Positions 1 through 13,100 of a DNA stretch of 64,000 nucleotides are shown here, piece after piece. Numbering within the stretch: position 1 is the first letter of the stretch; each line of letters starts with the position of its first letter. Location: NCBI RefSeq assembly GCF_963921235.1, contig NC_086109.1:26290001-26354000 (forward strand). Direction: 5' to 3'. The stretch comes from Mobula hypostoma. Taxonomy: Eukaryota. The notes under the pieces were generated by a model. That model worked only from the letters and a program-made list of their open reading frames with translations. It did no database searches and was not told where the DNA came from. The position numbers and the translations under genes were made by a program.

Positions 1-825
1 GCGTCTTCTGATTTTTCACAAATGTGCTCAGTGCTGGTTTGGTAAGTTGGGACCCTGGGAAGTTAGCTTGTGAAAGGTCTCAACTTTGGAATAACTTTCC
101 ACAATGGTAAAGAATAGTTAATATCATTTCTGGTGGTGCAAGGGCATTGCAAAAATGCCGTTTAGTGCAAAAAAAATGTCATTGGTTTCATTTGAAAAAC
201 CATGAATTCTTGATGTGGCTAAACGAATTTCAAGGCAGAGCAGCATCGGGATATATTGGTGCATGTCCTTGAAATGTCACTCTCCTAGGACTTGATTTTC
301 AACACAAACTCCCAGCCCAAGTTGCTTAAGCTCTACAACCAAAATTAAATAGGGCACCAATATCCATCTGACACAATTCTCAATTTCTGTCCTTTCCAAT
401 GTGCTACTTTGTTTCTTGGCCCAGATAATCATTTACATTGAGAAGCAAAAGTTATGGCGAGTGTATTGGTAAGGTACATCCAGCGGACGTGGTGTTCACG
501 CCTAGTGAAATAAGTACTTGCGCACATTTGAAAAATGCTTTCATGAACTACCGACTGTATACCAGTTCTGGGGACACATGTAATCAACCATCATTCACAG
601 AGTATCAAAATCCATGCTGGAATTCTCCTGGCTTCCAGATGTTGACAGCTTCTGCTGTGAGAATTGCTATCTTCTTTCCACGTTGTTTTCCAAGAAAGCA
701 TAGCTGGGATCAACAAGTAAGGCTGCTCTTGTATCTGTACAACTGAAATTTCTTGATGTGCTTCTTCCACTGTGGAGTTTTTGGTGATTGAGCTCAATTA
801 AGCGATCCTTACACGAAAAGGCTTT

Positions 826-2204
826 AAAGATGGCGCCAACAAAGGACACCTCGTTATGTGCCGCTCAGTCAAATATTCCCGTTCAGGACTGAAATCCGCG
901 GTCACAGCCAGAGGTACTTCTGGAAGCAACATTGTTTTAAGTCGTTTAAAAAAATCTATCGATACTCAAAATTGACAGCTCTTGGACGTCAGATGCAGGT
1001 CGTGAGTGCGGCTTCCTTTTAAGAAAAAGGAAGTGAGGAAAGCATGCTGAGCTGCAAGTAAGATTGAAGCAGAGAGGCTTTAGACCCCCATTCCCAACCA
1101 TCCTGCTGCAGAATGTACAGTCTCTGAAAAATAAAACTGAAGACTTCAGAGCAAGATTCCTGCACCAGTGGGACATCAGGGACTGTTGTGTACTTTGCTT
1201 CACGGAAACATTGCTATCTTCTGCCATTTCAGATGCTGCACTGAAGCTTGATGGCTTCACCGTTCACTGTGAAGACAGGTCAGCTCAGACTTTTAAAGGC
1301 AGAGGAGGTGGAGTATGCTTTATAATTAAATCATTGTGATGCACATACGTGGTGGGTCTGTCTCAGAATGCCATCATTCTGGTAGTGGTGTACATTCCAC
1401 CTCAGGGCAGCATCAGGCAGGCACTGGAGGCATGAAACTGCGCACCCTGGTGCCTTCCTTATCACTGTGGGAGATTCAGCCAGGCCAGCTTGAATAAATC
1501 TCTGAACAACTACCACCAACATATCACCCTTGGAATCAGAGGAGCCAACACACTTTACCACTGTTATACCGCCATCAAGAATACTTACCGTGCCATCTCA
1601 CGCCCACACTTTGGAAAGTCCAGTCACCTGGCTGTACTTCTTTCTATTTTCCAGCATATAGGCAGAGACTAAAAAACCACAGCACCAGTGGTAAGGACCA
1701 AGAAGGTATGGTCAAGGGCGACAGAGGAGCACTTACAGGATTGTTTTCAGTTGTACTGTGGAGAGCATTGTAACTGGTTGCATCACCGTCTAGTATGGAG
1801 GGGCCACTGTACAGGATTGGAATTGGCTGCGGAAAGTTGTAAACCCAGCCAGTTCCATCATGGGCACTAGCCTCCCCAGCATCCAGTGTGCCTTCAAAAG
1901 CCAATGTCTCAAAAAGGCAGCATCCATCGTTAAGAAACCCCATCACCCAGGACTTGTCCTCTTATCATAGCTACCTTCAAAGAGAAGATACAAGAGCCTG
2001 AAGACCCACACTCAACATTTCAGGAACAGCTTCTTCCCCTCCACCATCAGGTTTCTGAATGGACAATGAACCCATGAACACTTCCTTCGTATTTTTCCCT
2101 CTCATTTTGCACTATTTATTTAATTTTTTTATATGTACTTATAATTTATAATTTTTGTAATTATGTGTTGCAATAAACTGCTGCTACAAAACAACAAATT
2201 TCAT
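826..2204 (+). mobile_element. Degenerate, internally deleted Rex1/Babar-like LINE (APE endonuclease region joined to 3' end)
   Basis: PTILLQNVQSLKNK...DCCVLCFTET...RGGGVCF endonuclease N-terminal motifs; at ~1750 jumps to the C-terminal CTVESI.TGCITV.YG segment and 3' tail; family assignment from recall. Confidence 0.7.
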
Positions 2205-2206
2205 TA

Positions 2207-2855
2207 CTCTGTGGTTAAGAAGGCGTACGGTGCATTGGCCTTCATCAATTGTGGGATTGAGTTTAAGAGCCGAGAGGTAATGTTGCAGCTATATAGGATC
2301 CTGGTCAGACCCCACTTGGAGTATTGTGCTCAGTTCTGGTCACCTCACTATAGGAAGGACGTGGAAACCATAGGAAGGGTGCAGAGGAGATTTACAAGGA
2401 CGTTGCCTGGATTGGGGAGCATGCCTTATGAGAATAGGTTGAGTGAATTTGGCCTTTTCTACTTGGAGCAATGGAGGATGAGAGGTGACCTGATAGAGGT
2501 GTACAAGATAATGAGAGGCATTGATCTTGTGGATACTCAGAGGCTTTATCCCAGGACCAAAATGGCTAGCATGAGAGGGCACAGTTTTGAGGTGCTTGGC
2601 AGCAGGTACAGAGTAGATGTCAGGGTTAGGTTTTTTACACAGAGAATGGTTAGTGTGTGGAATGGACTGCCAGTGGCGGTGGTGGAGGCGGAAATGATAG
2701 GGTCTTTTAAGAGACTCCTGGATAGGTACAAGTACATGGAGCTTAGAAAAATAGAGGGCTATGGGTAAGCCTATGTAGTTCTAAGGTAAGGACATGTTCG
2801 GCACAGCTTTGTGGGCCAAAGGGCCTGTATTGTGCTGTAGGTTTTCTATGTTTCT
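2207..2855 (+). mobile_element. CR1-type LINE, 5'-truncated 3' fragment
   Basis: ORF 2163-2768 contains LVRPHLEYCAQFWSPH...RGDLIEVYK...FFTQR...WNGLP; short repeat tail ttctatgtttct. Confidence 0.9.
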
Positions 2856-3083
2856 GTCTGCTGGTGATACAGTATTCTGATTCATTGACAACCTGATCAG
2901 AAAAGTATAATCATCAATGTTAATGTGGCAGAATGAATACCCATGCTGTAGCCATTTAATTTTCTTAGATATATCCTGGTTCACTCTTATCATGTCAAAC
3001 TTCCTGAGCTGTGAAAAATTCAGTCTGTTGTTTACAAATCTATCACGTGTTCCAGGGAACTTTCAGGAGAGTCCCCCATACCT

Positions 3084-3370
3084 GGGCATCGCAGTGGTGC
3101 AACCGTCCCTCATACCTTCTGTGCTCCGGGTTCGATCCTGACCTCGGGTTCTGTCCGTGTGGAGTTTTCACGTTCTTCCTTTGATTACGTGGGCTTCCTT
3201 GGTTGCTCCAGTTTGGTCCCACCTCCCAAAAGTATGTTGGTTGGTAGATTAATTGCTTATTGTAAATTACTCCTCCAGCGGGTGGGTGAAGTTGATGGTT
3301 ATATGAGAAGGAATAGGTTACAGAAAAACATAGGGAAGATGAGATTACTCTGAGAGCTGTCATAGACATG
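3084..3370 (+). mobile_element. tRNA-derived V-SINE-like element
   Basis: B-box-like gggttcgatcc followed by the central domain (gtggagttt..cgttct..cgtggg..tcc..ggttgctccagttt..cccac). Confidence 0.7.
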
Positions 3371-3814
3371 GCCATCCTCACTTTGCACCTCCAGCATTAT
3401 CATCAAAAGGTCCCTGCTCTGCACCAGCTACCAAAGAGTCTTTAATTGTAATTCCCCTTCAAATGTTCGAGGCATCTTTTTCCTATTTTGCTGAACAGTC
3501 CACATAACTGGAACACTGATTTGGTAACCCTGTAACAATCCAGCAAATCAACTATACTAGTATCAGGTTGCAGCCGTCAAACCACATAAAAACCGGTTCA
3601 TCAGTCCATTCCTCAAGTTCCAAGTTTGTTGTCATCTGACTGCACATATACAACCAAATGAAACAATGTTCAATGGACCATGGTGCACCCACCCAATATA
3701 TATTACAAATAGCACATAAGCAAAAATATAACCAGAAATAAGTTAATAAAATATAATTCAAAATGCACCCAGCACTGGTAAACAGTAGGGTATACAGTAT
3801 ACACCCAACTATTG

Positions 3815-4399
3815 CAGACATCCCACCTCTCCGGAACTTCCGGGAGTCTCCCGCATATTAATAGTGGCTCCCTGATGCCCGCAAATTATTTACAATATCA
3901 CGGAAATCAATTTTTTTGAGAGTGAGCGAGAGAAAAGCAAGAGAGAGTGCAAGAGCGACCACGAGAGAGAGCGAGCGAGCAAGCAAGAAAGCAAGCAAGA
4001 GGGCTTGAGAGCACGTGTGCGACCACGAGAGAGAAGAGAGAGCGTGAGTGAGAGCGCGCCATGGCAGAATGTTCCAAAAAAATATAAAATGTACGTCACC
4101 CCAGACTACACTAAAGTGTACCCCTGCCTAATAGGAGTCAAAAATAATGACAGTGTTGCTCGCTGCACTGTTTGCAACAGTGACATTTCTATTGCCCATG
4201 GTGGGTTAAGGCTGTAAAAGACATGTTGAGGTGAGATTAACAGGTGTCATTCTTTCATTAGCATAGCTAATGTTATTTAAACTAGCTGGCCAGCTGCTAT
4301 GGAGCTACTCTATTGCAGACATCCCACCTCTCCCGGAAGTCTCCCGCAAATTGATGGTGCTACCTCCCTGAAATGAGTTTTTGCAGGGTGGGATGTCTG
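3815..4399 (+). mobile_element. Non-autonomous hAT-like DNA transposon (MITE) with zinc-finger remnant, inserted in a minus-strand Rex-like LINE remnant (~3615-4580)
   Basis: 13-bp TIRs cagacatcccacc (3815-3827) / ggtgggatgtctg (4387-4399); ctattg duplicated at 3809-3814 and 4400-4405; ARCTVCNSDISIAHGG peptide resembles a hAT transposase N-terminal Zn finger. Confidence 0.75.
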
Positions 4400-5206
4400 C
4401 TATTGCTGAGTCATCAGAAAGTTTCTGCAAATGACAAATAGTGGGGAGGGAGACCCCGATGATCGTCTCAGTGGCTTTAACTATCCTCTGAAGGGTCTTG
4501 CAGTCTGATGGTTTGCAACACAATGATGCAGCCTGACAGGACACTTGGGAGTGGTGCTCCTGTAAAAGTTGTTGAGGGGGTAAGTGTTGCACTCCTCAAT
4601 CTCCTTTCCCCTTAAATGTTTAATTAATGCTGTTGGTTTGAAGAATTTAAGTAAGCTTGTCATTAGTAGTAATTTTATGAAGAAGCAAGGTGTATACAGT
4701 GGAAGAGTTGTGCTTTGTAAACGGTATGAGGAAAGTGCAGTGCAGCAGCATGGATCACTATGAAAGCATTGTAGTCATTATCTCTCATCTGTCTCAAACA
4801 CAAAAAGGTATTGTCAAGCATTGCATTGTTCCTTGTCATGCTAGAAGACTTGAAGTTTAACTGAATGACAGTGTCTCCAAATCAATACAGATAAACAGCT
4901 ATTAAACACGAGGATGTTTCACAACATCATTATCTGCTCATATATTCTTTCTCCTTCTTCACCATAGCTCTTTAACTTTTAAGGTCGTCAGGACAATGCT
5001 GATTGATAGCTTGTTGCAAACACTGGGATTTACCTTGCTCAGTTGTTCTGACAGAGTTTTTTTCCACTGGGTGGACCAATCAACCTTCCTAACTGTTAAT
5101 CAGAATCAACTTCAGGTTTAATATTACCGGCATATGTCGGGAAATCTGTTAACTTTACGGTAGCAATATAATGTAATACATGATAATATAGAATGAAATG
5201 AGAGTT

Positions 5207-5243
<37 letters not shown>
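5207..5243. repeat. Compound (CT)n(AT)n microsatellite within a minus-strand Rex-like LINE 3' fragment (~5098-5465)
   Basis: ctctctctctctctctatatatatatatatatatat. Confidence 0.9.
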
Positions 5244-6482
5244 GTAAGTAGTGAAAAAAATAAAAAAGTAGTGAGGTACTATTCATGGATTCAATGTCCA
5301 TTCAGAAGTCGAATGGCGGAGGGGAAGAAGCAGCTTCTGAATCATTGAGACAGTGCCTTCCGGTTTCTTTACCTCCTTCCTGATGGTAATAATTAGAATA
5401 GGGCATGGGGGTCCTTAATGATGGACGCTATCTTTTTGAGGCACTGTTCCTTGACGATATCTCGGACACTAAGTGGCATGATTTGAATGCCAATCAATTT
5501 TTACAAAGGCAAATGCTTTTGAAAAGGCTGGCAATGTAAGGGATCACTTCAGGGTCATCATAAAAGGGACATTACTTTCATTATCCCTATTTCTTTATTT
5601 AGTTTCCATTTTTTTTTAAAGTTCATGATCACAGACTGGAAACTGAACTTGCCCTATTAACGTTACTCCTCAAAAACAACTGATGAAGATTGAATATTAG
5701 AACAGACCAGGCATTAGGACATGACTCAAGTAGGAACTGCACTGGGGCTGGGAGATAATCAATTAGTTTTTATTCGAATAAAATATGTAACAGAAATCAG
5801 GAAATACCAGATGTACTTAGTGACTCAGTGAGCACCTGTGGGGAGAGGAACAATGATATTGATTCCGTTCAGAGCCAGTTCAACAGAACCCTGAAAAGTG
5901 AGTAAACAAGGTTGTTTCAGATTGCAGGGAGCAATAGGGTTGGGAGAACAAAGGGAATGTTTGTAATAGTGTGTAGATCAAAGCTGGCAAGGGAAAAAAC
6001 AACTTTAACAATTGGAGACAGGAAAGGGAAAAAAAATGTAAATAAATAGAATCCTAAAGGTACAGCTTCATCTTATAGAGAGAGTTTCAGTTTACTTCTC
6101 AGCCCACAGATGCTGATTGACATTCACCAGAAATTGGACTATTTATACCTGAAGTTAATATTGAAAACTATAAATGTTAAAAGATTTTTTTGCTCATTGA
6201 TATAATTAGTAGATGTGAGTAATTTCTTCTGACCTTTTCTTCTGATTTTGTACTCACTGACCTTATTGTAAATGGTGTTGGAACCGGTTTACTGATATGA
6301 AAGCCTTTTGTTATGTGTGTCCTCCAGGCAGAACATATCATTTATAAATACACTAAGATAGTAAAGATAAAACAGAATCCGGAATCTAATGTAGTAACTT
6401 CAAAAGGCGAACTGCAGGCAAACAAATCAAATGCAAGGGTCACAGTGAGTTAGATTGGGAGATCAAGGGTTCACCTTTAGCT

Positions 6483-6712
6483 CATAAGAACATAAGAAGT
6501 AGGAGCAGGAGTAGGTCATCTGGTCCATCAAATCTGCTCCGCCATTCAATAAGATCATGGCTGATCTGGCCATGGACTCATTCCACCTATCTGCCTGTTC
6601 CCCATAACCCTTAATTCCCTTACTATGCAAAAATCTATCCAACCTTGTCTTAAATATGTTTACCAAGGTAATCTCCACTGCTTCATTGGGCAGAGAATTC
6701 CACAGATCCACA
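6483..6712 (-). mobile_element. CR1-type LINE 3' end fragment
   Basis: Minus-strand LWNSLP..AVE..IFK.RLDRFL and a (ttcttatg) tail. Confidence 0.8.
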
Positions 6713-7021
6713 CCTCGTGAAAGGTTCATTCAAGAGTGTGATAACCACCTCCCATAGAGTCATTTAGACATACATTCCAGAAACAGGTCCTCTGGCCCAC
6801 TGAATCTGTGCTAATCCAGTGTTAGCCCCGTTTCAATTCTCCCCACATCCTCATCAACTCCCTCCTACTACTGTGCAAGCAACATATTGAAAACCTTCCC
6901 CTGTAATCCTTAGTGATAGTGTCAAAGATATTGTTATTTGACTCGCACCAATCTTAAAAATTGTGTGCTGCTTTGTAGAGCTCTCTGTAGATTTTGTAAC
7001 ATGCTGTCTTTTTCTTGGAAG

Positions 7022-7127
7022 GTTCATCTGAATCGTGGTAATAATGTCTTGTATTGGCAAACAACAAGGTTTTCGCTGGGCCTGGAAGTACAAAAGCCAG
7101 TTCTCATCAGAAACATTCATATCACAG
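7022..7127 (+). CDS. ELAPOR1: ELAPOR1 coding exon ([12 protein letters not shown]...IRNIHITG)
   Basis: ttttcttggaag| acceptor, acag|gtacc donor; 106 nt, phase 0->1. Confidence 0.92.
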
Positions 7128-10100
7128 GTACCAACCCAATGAATGAGCCTGTTTTTAATAAGTGGTGCAGATAACGCTTGGTTGTTGTGTGGATCTCTAA
7201 CTTATTTCCAAATGAAAGTGACTGGGAATTGAGCAGGGGGAATCTAGAGTAAAAACAATGAGCTGATAGCGGATCTCAGCAGGTCAGGCAAGATTGATGG
7301 GGGGAACTGGACAATTGACATTTCGGCACAAGACTCTTCATTTGGACTGAAAGAGTGGAGATGAGATGGCCAGTACAAAGAGGTGAGGGGGAATGGGGAT
7401 GCAGAGCTGGCAGGCAATAGGTGGTTCCAGATGAACTAATCAAAATAGGACATACATGGTAAATGGTAGGGCATTAAGGAATGCTTTAGAACAGAGGGAT
7501 CTAGGAATAATGGTGCATAGTTCCCTGAAGATGGAATCTTATGTGGATAGGGTGGCGAAGAAAGCTTTTGGTTTGCTGGCCTTTATTAATCAGAGCATTG
7601 AGTATAGGAGTTGGGATGTAATGTTGAATTTGTACAAGGCATTGGTAAGGCCAGATCTGGAGTATTGTGTACAGTTCTGGTCACCGAATTATAGGAATGA
7701 TGTCAATAAAATTGAGAGAGTACAGAGGAGGTTTACTAAAATGTTGCCTGGGTTTCATCTCCTAAGTTACAGAGAAAGGTTGAACAAGTTAGGTCTTTAT
7801 TCTTTGGAGCGTAGAAGGTTGAGGGGAGACTTGATAGAGGTGTTTAAAATTATGAGGGGGATTGATAGAGTTGACATGGTTAGACTTTTTCCATTGAAAG
7901 TGGGGAAGATTCAAACAAGAGGGCATGGGTTGAGAATTAGAGGACAAAAGTTTAGGGGTAACATGAGGGGGAACTTCTTTACTCAGAGAGTGGTAGTTGT
8001 GTGGAATGAGCTTCCAGCAGAAATGGTTGAGGCAGGTTCTCTGTTATCGTTTAAAGTTAAATTGGATAGATATATGGACAGGAAAGGAATGGAGGGTTAT
8101 GGGCTGAGTGCAGATCGGTGGGAATAGGATAGGGTAAGAGTTTGGCACGGACTAGAAGAGCCGAGATGGCCTGTTTCCGTGCTGTAATTGTTATATGGTT
8201 ATATGAGCAGGGAGTTGATTGGCTGATAGAATTGGGTGGGGGAGGGAGGAGTGACGAGAACAGAAGAAGTTGGGAAGTGATACACAGAAGCAGAAAAGAG
8301 CTGCAGTTGAGAGAATCTGATGAGGAACAAAGGTGAAGAGGAATCATATAGGGAGGTGAGGTGAACAAATGGGAACAGCAGTGGTTGGACACCCAGTGGG
8401 AGGTGTGTGGGTGATGGGCAGATGAAGTAGGTGGGTAGGTGAAAAAACAGGGTGATAGGGATCTGTGGGAAGTGGGGGGAAAGTTTTGGAAATAAGATGT
8501 ATGTTAAAGAAACTGGGTAGATCAGAAGGAGAGAGGAAAGGATGGGGAGATCAGCTTACCTGAAAACAGAGACTTCAATATTCATGCCGATCCACAGATC
8601 ATTATGGGAGTGGGAAAGGAAATTGCAATGGCTTGCAACCGGAAGCTCGAAATTCCCATTGTGGTCAAAGCACAGATGCTTGACAAAATAACCACCTAGT
8701 CTTCACTTGGTCTCACCGATGTAGAGAAGGCCACATCAAGAACACTGAATGTAGTAGATAAGGTTGGAGGAGATGCGTGTAAATCTCTGCCTCGCCTGGA
8801 AGGATGCTTAGGTCCCTGGGTGGTGGTGAGGGAGGAGATGCAGTGAGGTGTTATACCTTGCATGTTGCTAGGAGTGCTGCCTGTGGAGGGGTAGGAATGG
8901 GTGAGGAGGGATGAGAGATCCAACAATTATGGAGAGAGAGATCCCTGCAAAAAGCAGAAAGGTTTGGGAGGGATAGATGTGACTGGTGGTGAATTATTCC
9001 ATCTGACTTATAAAATGAAGCTCCAGTGGTATACTTGGTTTACCATATTGTTTTAACCACACATGGTTTCATGTGTGTTGTCTACTGGATGTTTATTGAT
9101 GTTTTAATAAAAACTGGGTATGATAGTGCAGTCCCTATGACAACAGATTAGAAATGTACTTACCTTGCATTTGGAATTGAGTTCCCTTAATCTTCTAATT
9201 TTTTTCATTCAGAAAAATACAAACAAAAAAGGAATCCCTGGTGTGGACACATGAAATATTTTAATAAGCAGAAAGGCATTGATAAATGTAATTTCTTACT
9301 GTTTCTTGTGCAGAGAAAGATATTACCATGTTGTACAGGTTTTGCGTTTGACCTGATATCTTTGTTGTGAGAAAATTAAGTGACAATGACAGAAAATACT
9401 CATGAGGCATAAACTCCTCCTCTTTGTTAGATAATTGTCAGATTTCAAATGATGTTTATGGAAGATTTTTTAAAAATCTCAGATGTGATGGTGAGATGTG
9501 GCCCTTGCTTGCAGCATCTTTTAAGCATTCTCTGTAGCCATGCAGAACTAAAACACAGATTATTGTTAATCAGAATTTTATTACCAGTGGCTACTTCTGT
9601 GCGTTTGGAAAATTGTACTGCCTATTCATAGCCACTTTCTATTCCATCATGGAGGGAACCTATTGGTACCGCACTGTGCATTTTCAGCCTGTGGCAGTTT
9701 CCAGCAATCGAATGCCAGTAATTTTGCGCACAGTTCTTTCTGAAGCAATAATGTACTATTCAGAATGACATCAAGTCTTCATTTTCAATTCATGAACTCA
9801 TGAAGCAATGTAAATTTGAAGTGATAGATGGGAGTTATTTAGCACATACAGCAATAAAGCTGTTCATCCAGAACTTACTGAAATATTCTCTTTCTGCACA
9901 GACATTATCTGATTTTAAATGTAGGACATATATAAAGAATAAACAAAAAATTCCTAGGAAGATGAATTCATCTCCTGTTTTTCTAGCATTTCCATCTTTA
10001 CTAATCTTTAAATGAATTGCTCTTTGCATAGCAATAATAATACAAATATAATTTTGCAGTTATACGTGAAAATTGTTCAGTTATGGTTGTTACCATTCAA

Positions 10101-13100
10101 TATAAGGAGCTACAGTCTCAAAAGCTTTTTGACTGCTTTATTTTCTTGCAGTATCCCTTCCAATTTAACAATATTTTGTCATAATAACTTGAAGGCATTA
10201 AGCTGTGTCCTGATTAGAGATGGCCTACTAATTCTGGTCCATCAAACTAGACTGGCATCTTTTCACTGCTAGGCCCCCCTTGTTGCAAATCTCAGTTGCC
10301 TCTGAGGCCTGAGACGGTTTGAAAATTGGAGGATTAGGAACTGGGCCTTGAGTGGTAAAGGTCTAATAAGAAGTGGTGGTGGTGGGGAGTGAATAGAAAG
10401 GAGAAAGATCAGAGTCAGAATATAGCATTATGATGTGATGACTTTTTTAGTCGCAGGAATAATCAGCAATGATCACTCCCAATACAATTTAGTACTAATT
10501 CCTTCACAATGGTCCAAGTAGGACCTAGCATAAAGAATGGAAACATCCTGTGTTCTACTAATGTGGGGAAATCACAACTGCGGCACATGATAGTTTCAAT
10601 CTCAAAAATGCCTGGTTTAAATCCCAGAGTAATGTTAAGAAGCTGTTGAATGTCTAATCAAATGTATTTTTTCAAAAGCACAATTTGTGGAGATATTTTG
10701 TGGTGGGATTCATTTTATCTAACTAGGATGAACACCCAAACTTTCCACAGCAGATTATTCAGAATTAAGTTTAAATTAACTTGGACGTCAGCAATCAGAT
10801 GACAACAGTCATCACAAGCCCTTGAGCTGTTTTATCATTTGGGTTGCTCGAAGCAAGTAGTATTCTAGAGTCATTTAACATAAAGCTGGTTTAAGCCTTG
10901 TCCTTTCGAGGTCATCTGCCCAGCTCTAGAAGATTGTAGAGAAGACATTCAGCCACTTTCCCATTTAAATAACTGTGTTCTTATTGATACAAATTGGTTG
11001 TCAATCCTCCTTTTCTTACAAGTGAACAAAAGCCCTTGCAGTAAAGTCCCAGAAGCCAACTGTCAGCCTAGTTCTAGATAACCTTAAGAGTTACTCTTCA
11101 CCCAAGAGGCAAGTAGAATATGAGGCAGGCAGTTGAATGATGGTGGCATCAGAGCTAAAACTGATCCTGTCCTCAACTTCCCTCGATTGATGTAATCAAA
11201 CACAAGACACAGGAAGCCTAGATGTCCTCCTAAGACACTGGAGCAAACTGTGGCTGTCCATCATTCATACCTGAGACTGGTCCACAAAGTAGAGACTGAG
11301 AATTAAGTCGGAAAATTCCCAACCTTTACAATTTAGTATTTAATGATATGGTACATTTACTAACTTGATTCATATATGGCTTGAGCTTGAGGGAAGGCAG
11401 GGAAAGATTTGAAGAGCTACGGGACTAAGACATGGCGGGAGGAGAGCAGCATGGGAACAATCAGGTAGATAAATCAGGAACCTAGCTTAAGCAAGATGGA
11501 TGCCTCAAAATCATTGACAGTAGTCTGGGGCCTACCACTGGAATTGGCCTTAACCCTTCAATTAGAATCTGCATTTAAGGTTGAGGTTGGTGGGGTGGAG
11601 GTTCATCTCTACCAAAGAAGGTGTAAGGCACTCTTTCCCTCCACTAGCCTGCACATCACCCTTGGGCAAGGTGTAGTACCTGCGTAGCCCCACGTAAAGC
11701 CATGGGAGCAGGTGCTGGATGGTCGTATGAGCAGCTGGTGCATATTACAAGTCCTAGTTATGCAACCACTTTCACCAGGCAGACAATCTCTGAAGAGTAT
11801 TAATAATAGCTGGGACAGCCGTCTTGTAAAGACACTGCCCAGAAGAAGGCAATGACAAATCACTTCTGCAGAAAAACTTGCCAGGAGTAATCGTGGTCAA
11901 GACCATGATCAGCTATGTCATGTGACATGGTACATAATGATGATGATGATCTTATGGTTGAGGCCCAGACCATCTGCTAACAAGCATCTACAGCAGAATT
12001 TTATGCACTGTAATCAATTGATTCTGAAACTATTTGCTGAAGAACTTCTATAGCAATCTACATTGGGTTACCACAAATGTGCACATTACTGCACAAGTAG
12101 AAATTAGACATAACAAGAGCTGCAGTGCAGATTGATATCAAACCTATCAACCTGTTAACTAACTTCCTCAGAATTCTCTCTTCCTATTTCCTGTTTTTAG
12201 GGGTGGCCTATACATCAGAATGTTTTCCTTGTAAACCTGGTACGTTCAATTCAAACATTGGATCCTCTCGTTGTGACCTATGCCCACGAAATACTTACTC
12301 TCCAAGAGGAGCAACGTCATGCCTAAGTTGTTCTTTAGATGAATATTCAGGTAACGTAGCACTCAGCCAATGAAATTTAAGGGTAATGGTAGCCAAACAG
12401 TTTTAAATATGGTTATTTCTCTAAACTAGATTAAAAAGACAATTTAGTGAAATCTCAGTTGGTTTGCTGATGCTGTATGGGGAAGAAAACATGTGATGTG
12501 GTTTATATTGGACCAGATCTACATCAATGTAATTGTGTCTTTTAAAATGGCATCTTGTTAGTCCTTCATCGGCAATTGGCAGTGGGCCTTGCCAGTAATA
12601 TCCACACCTTGTGATTGAATATATCGAAAAATACATATTCTTAGCACACTAATTGCATTAATTCACCATGGTAGCTTGCACTTGCACCACTATTAACAGC
12701 AGAAAATGATGTCATGACACAGCTGTTTGTCCCATAAATTGGCTAAGGCCATAGCAAAATGGCATATGATTCACTGCAAACAGGAGGAATTCTTTAGATG
12801 CTGGAAATTCAAGCACCACACATCAAAGTTGCTGGTGAATGCAGCAGGTCAAGCAGCATCTCTAGGAGGAGGTACAGTCGACGTTTCGGGCCGATACCCT
12901 TCGTCAGGATTCACTGGCTCAATTTAATATCGGAGAATGTATACAGAATACAACCTGAAACTCTTACTTTTCACAGACATCCATGAAACAGAAGAAAAAC
13001 CCCATAGAGTGAATGACAGAAAAACATTACCGCCCCAAAACCCCTCTCCTCCTCCCATGCGCAGGCAGCAGCAAAGCATCTACCCTCCCCTCCGCTTGTT

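Noticed and set aside
2163..2768. 201-aa ORF (and 223-aa ORF at 7456-8127) as host genes
   Set aside because: They are C-terminal parts of CR1 ORF2 in 5'-truncated insertions.
1..7021. Search for the preceding ELAPOR1 exon (expected ~VQNDQCQ...W)
   Set aside because: I could not identify a convincing exon; it probably lies upstream of the window, though a diverged short exon could have been missed.
7300..7350. Hammerhead-like motifs here and at ~19590, ~42600, ~46420, ~47950, ~53730, ~60710
   Set aside because: Core or stem III nucleotides are mutated, so they are not called as functional ribozymes.
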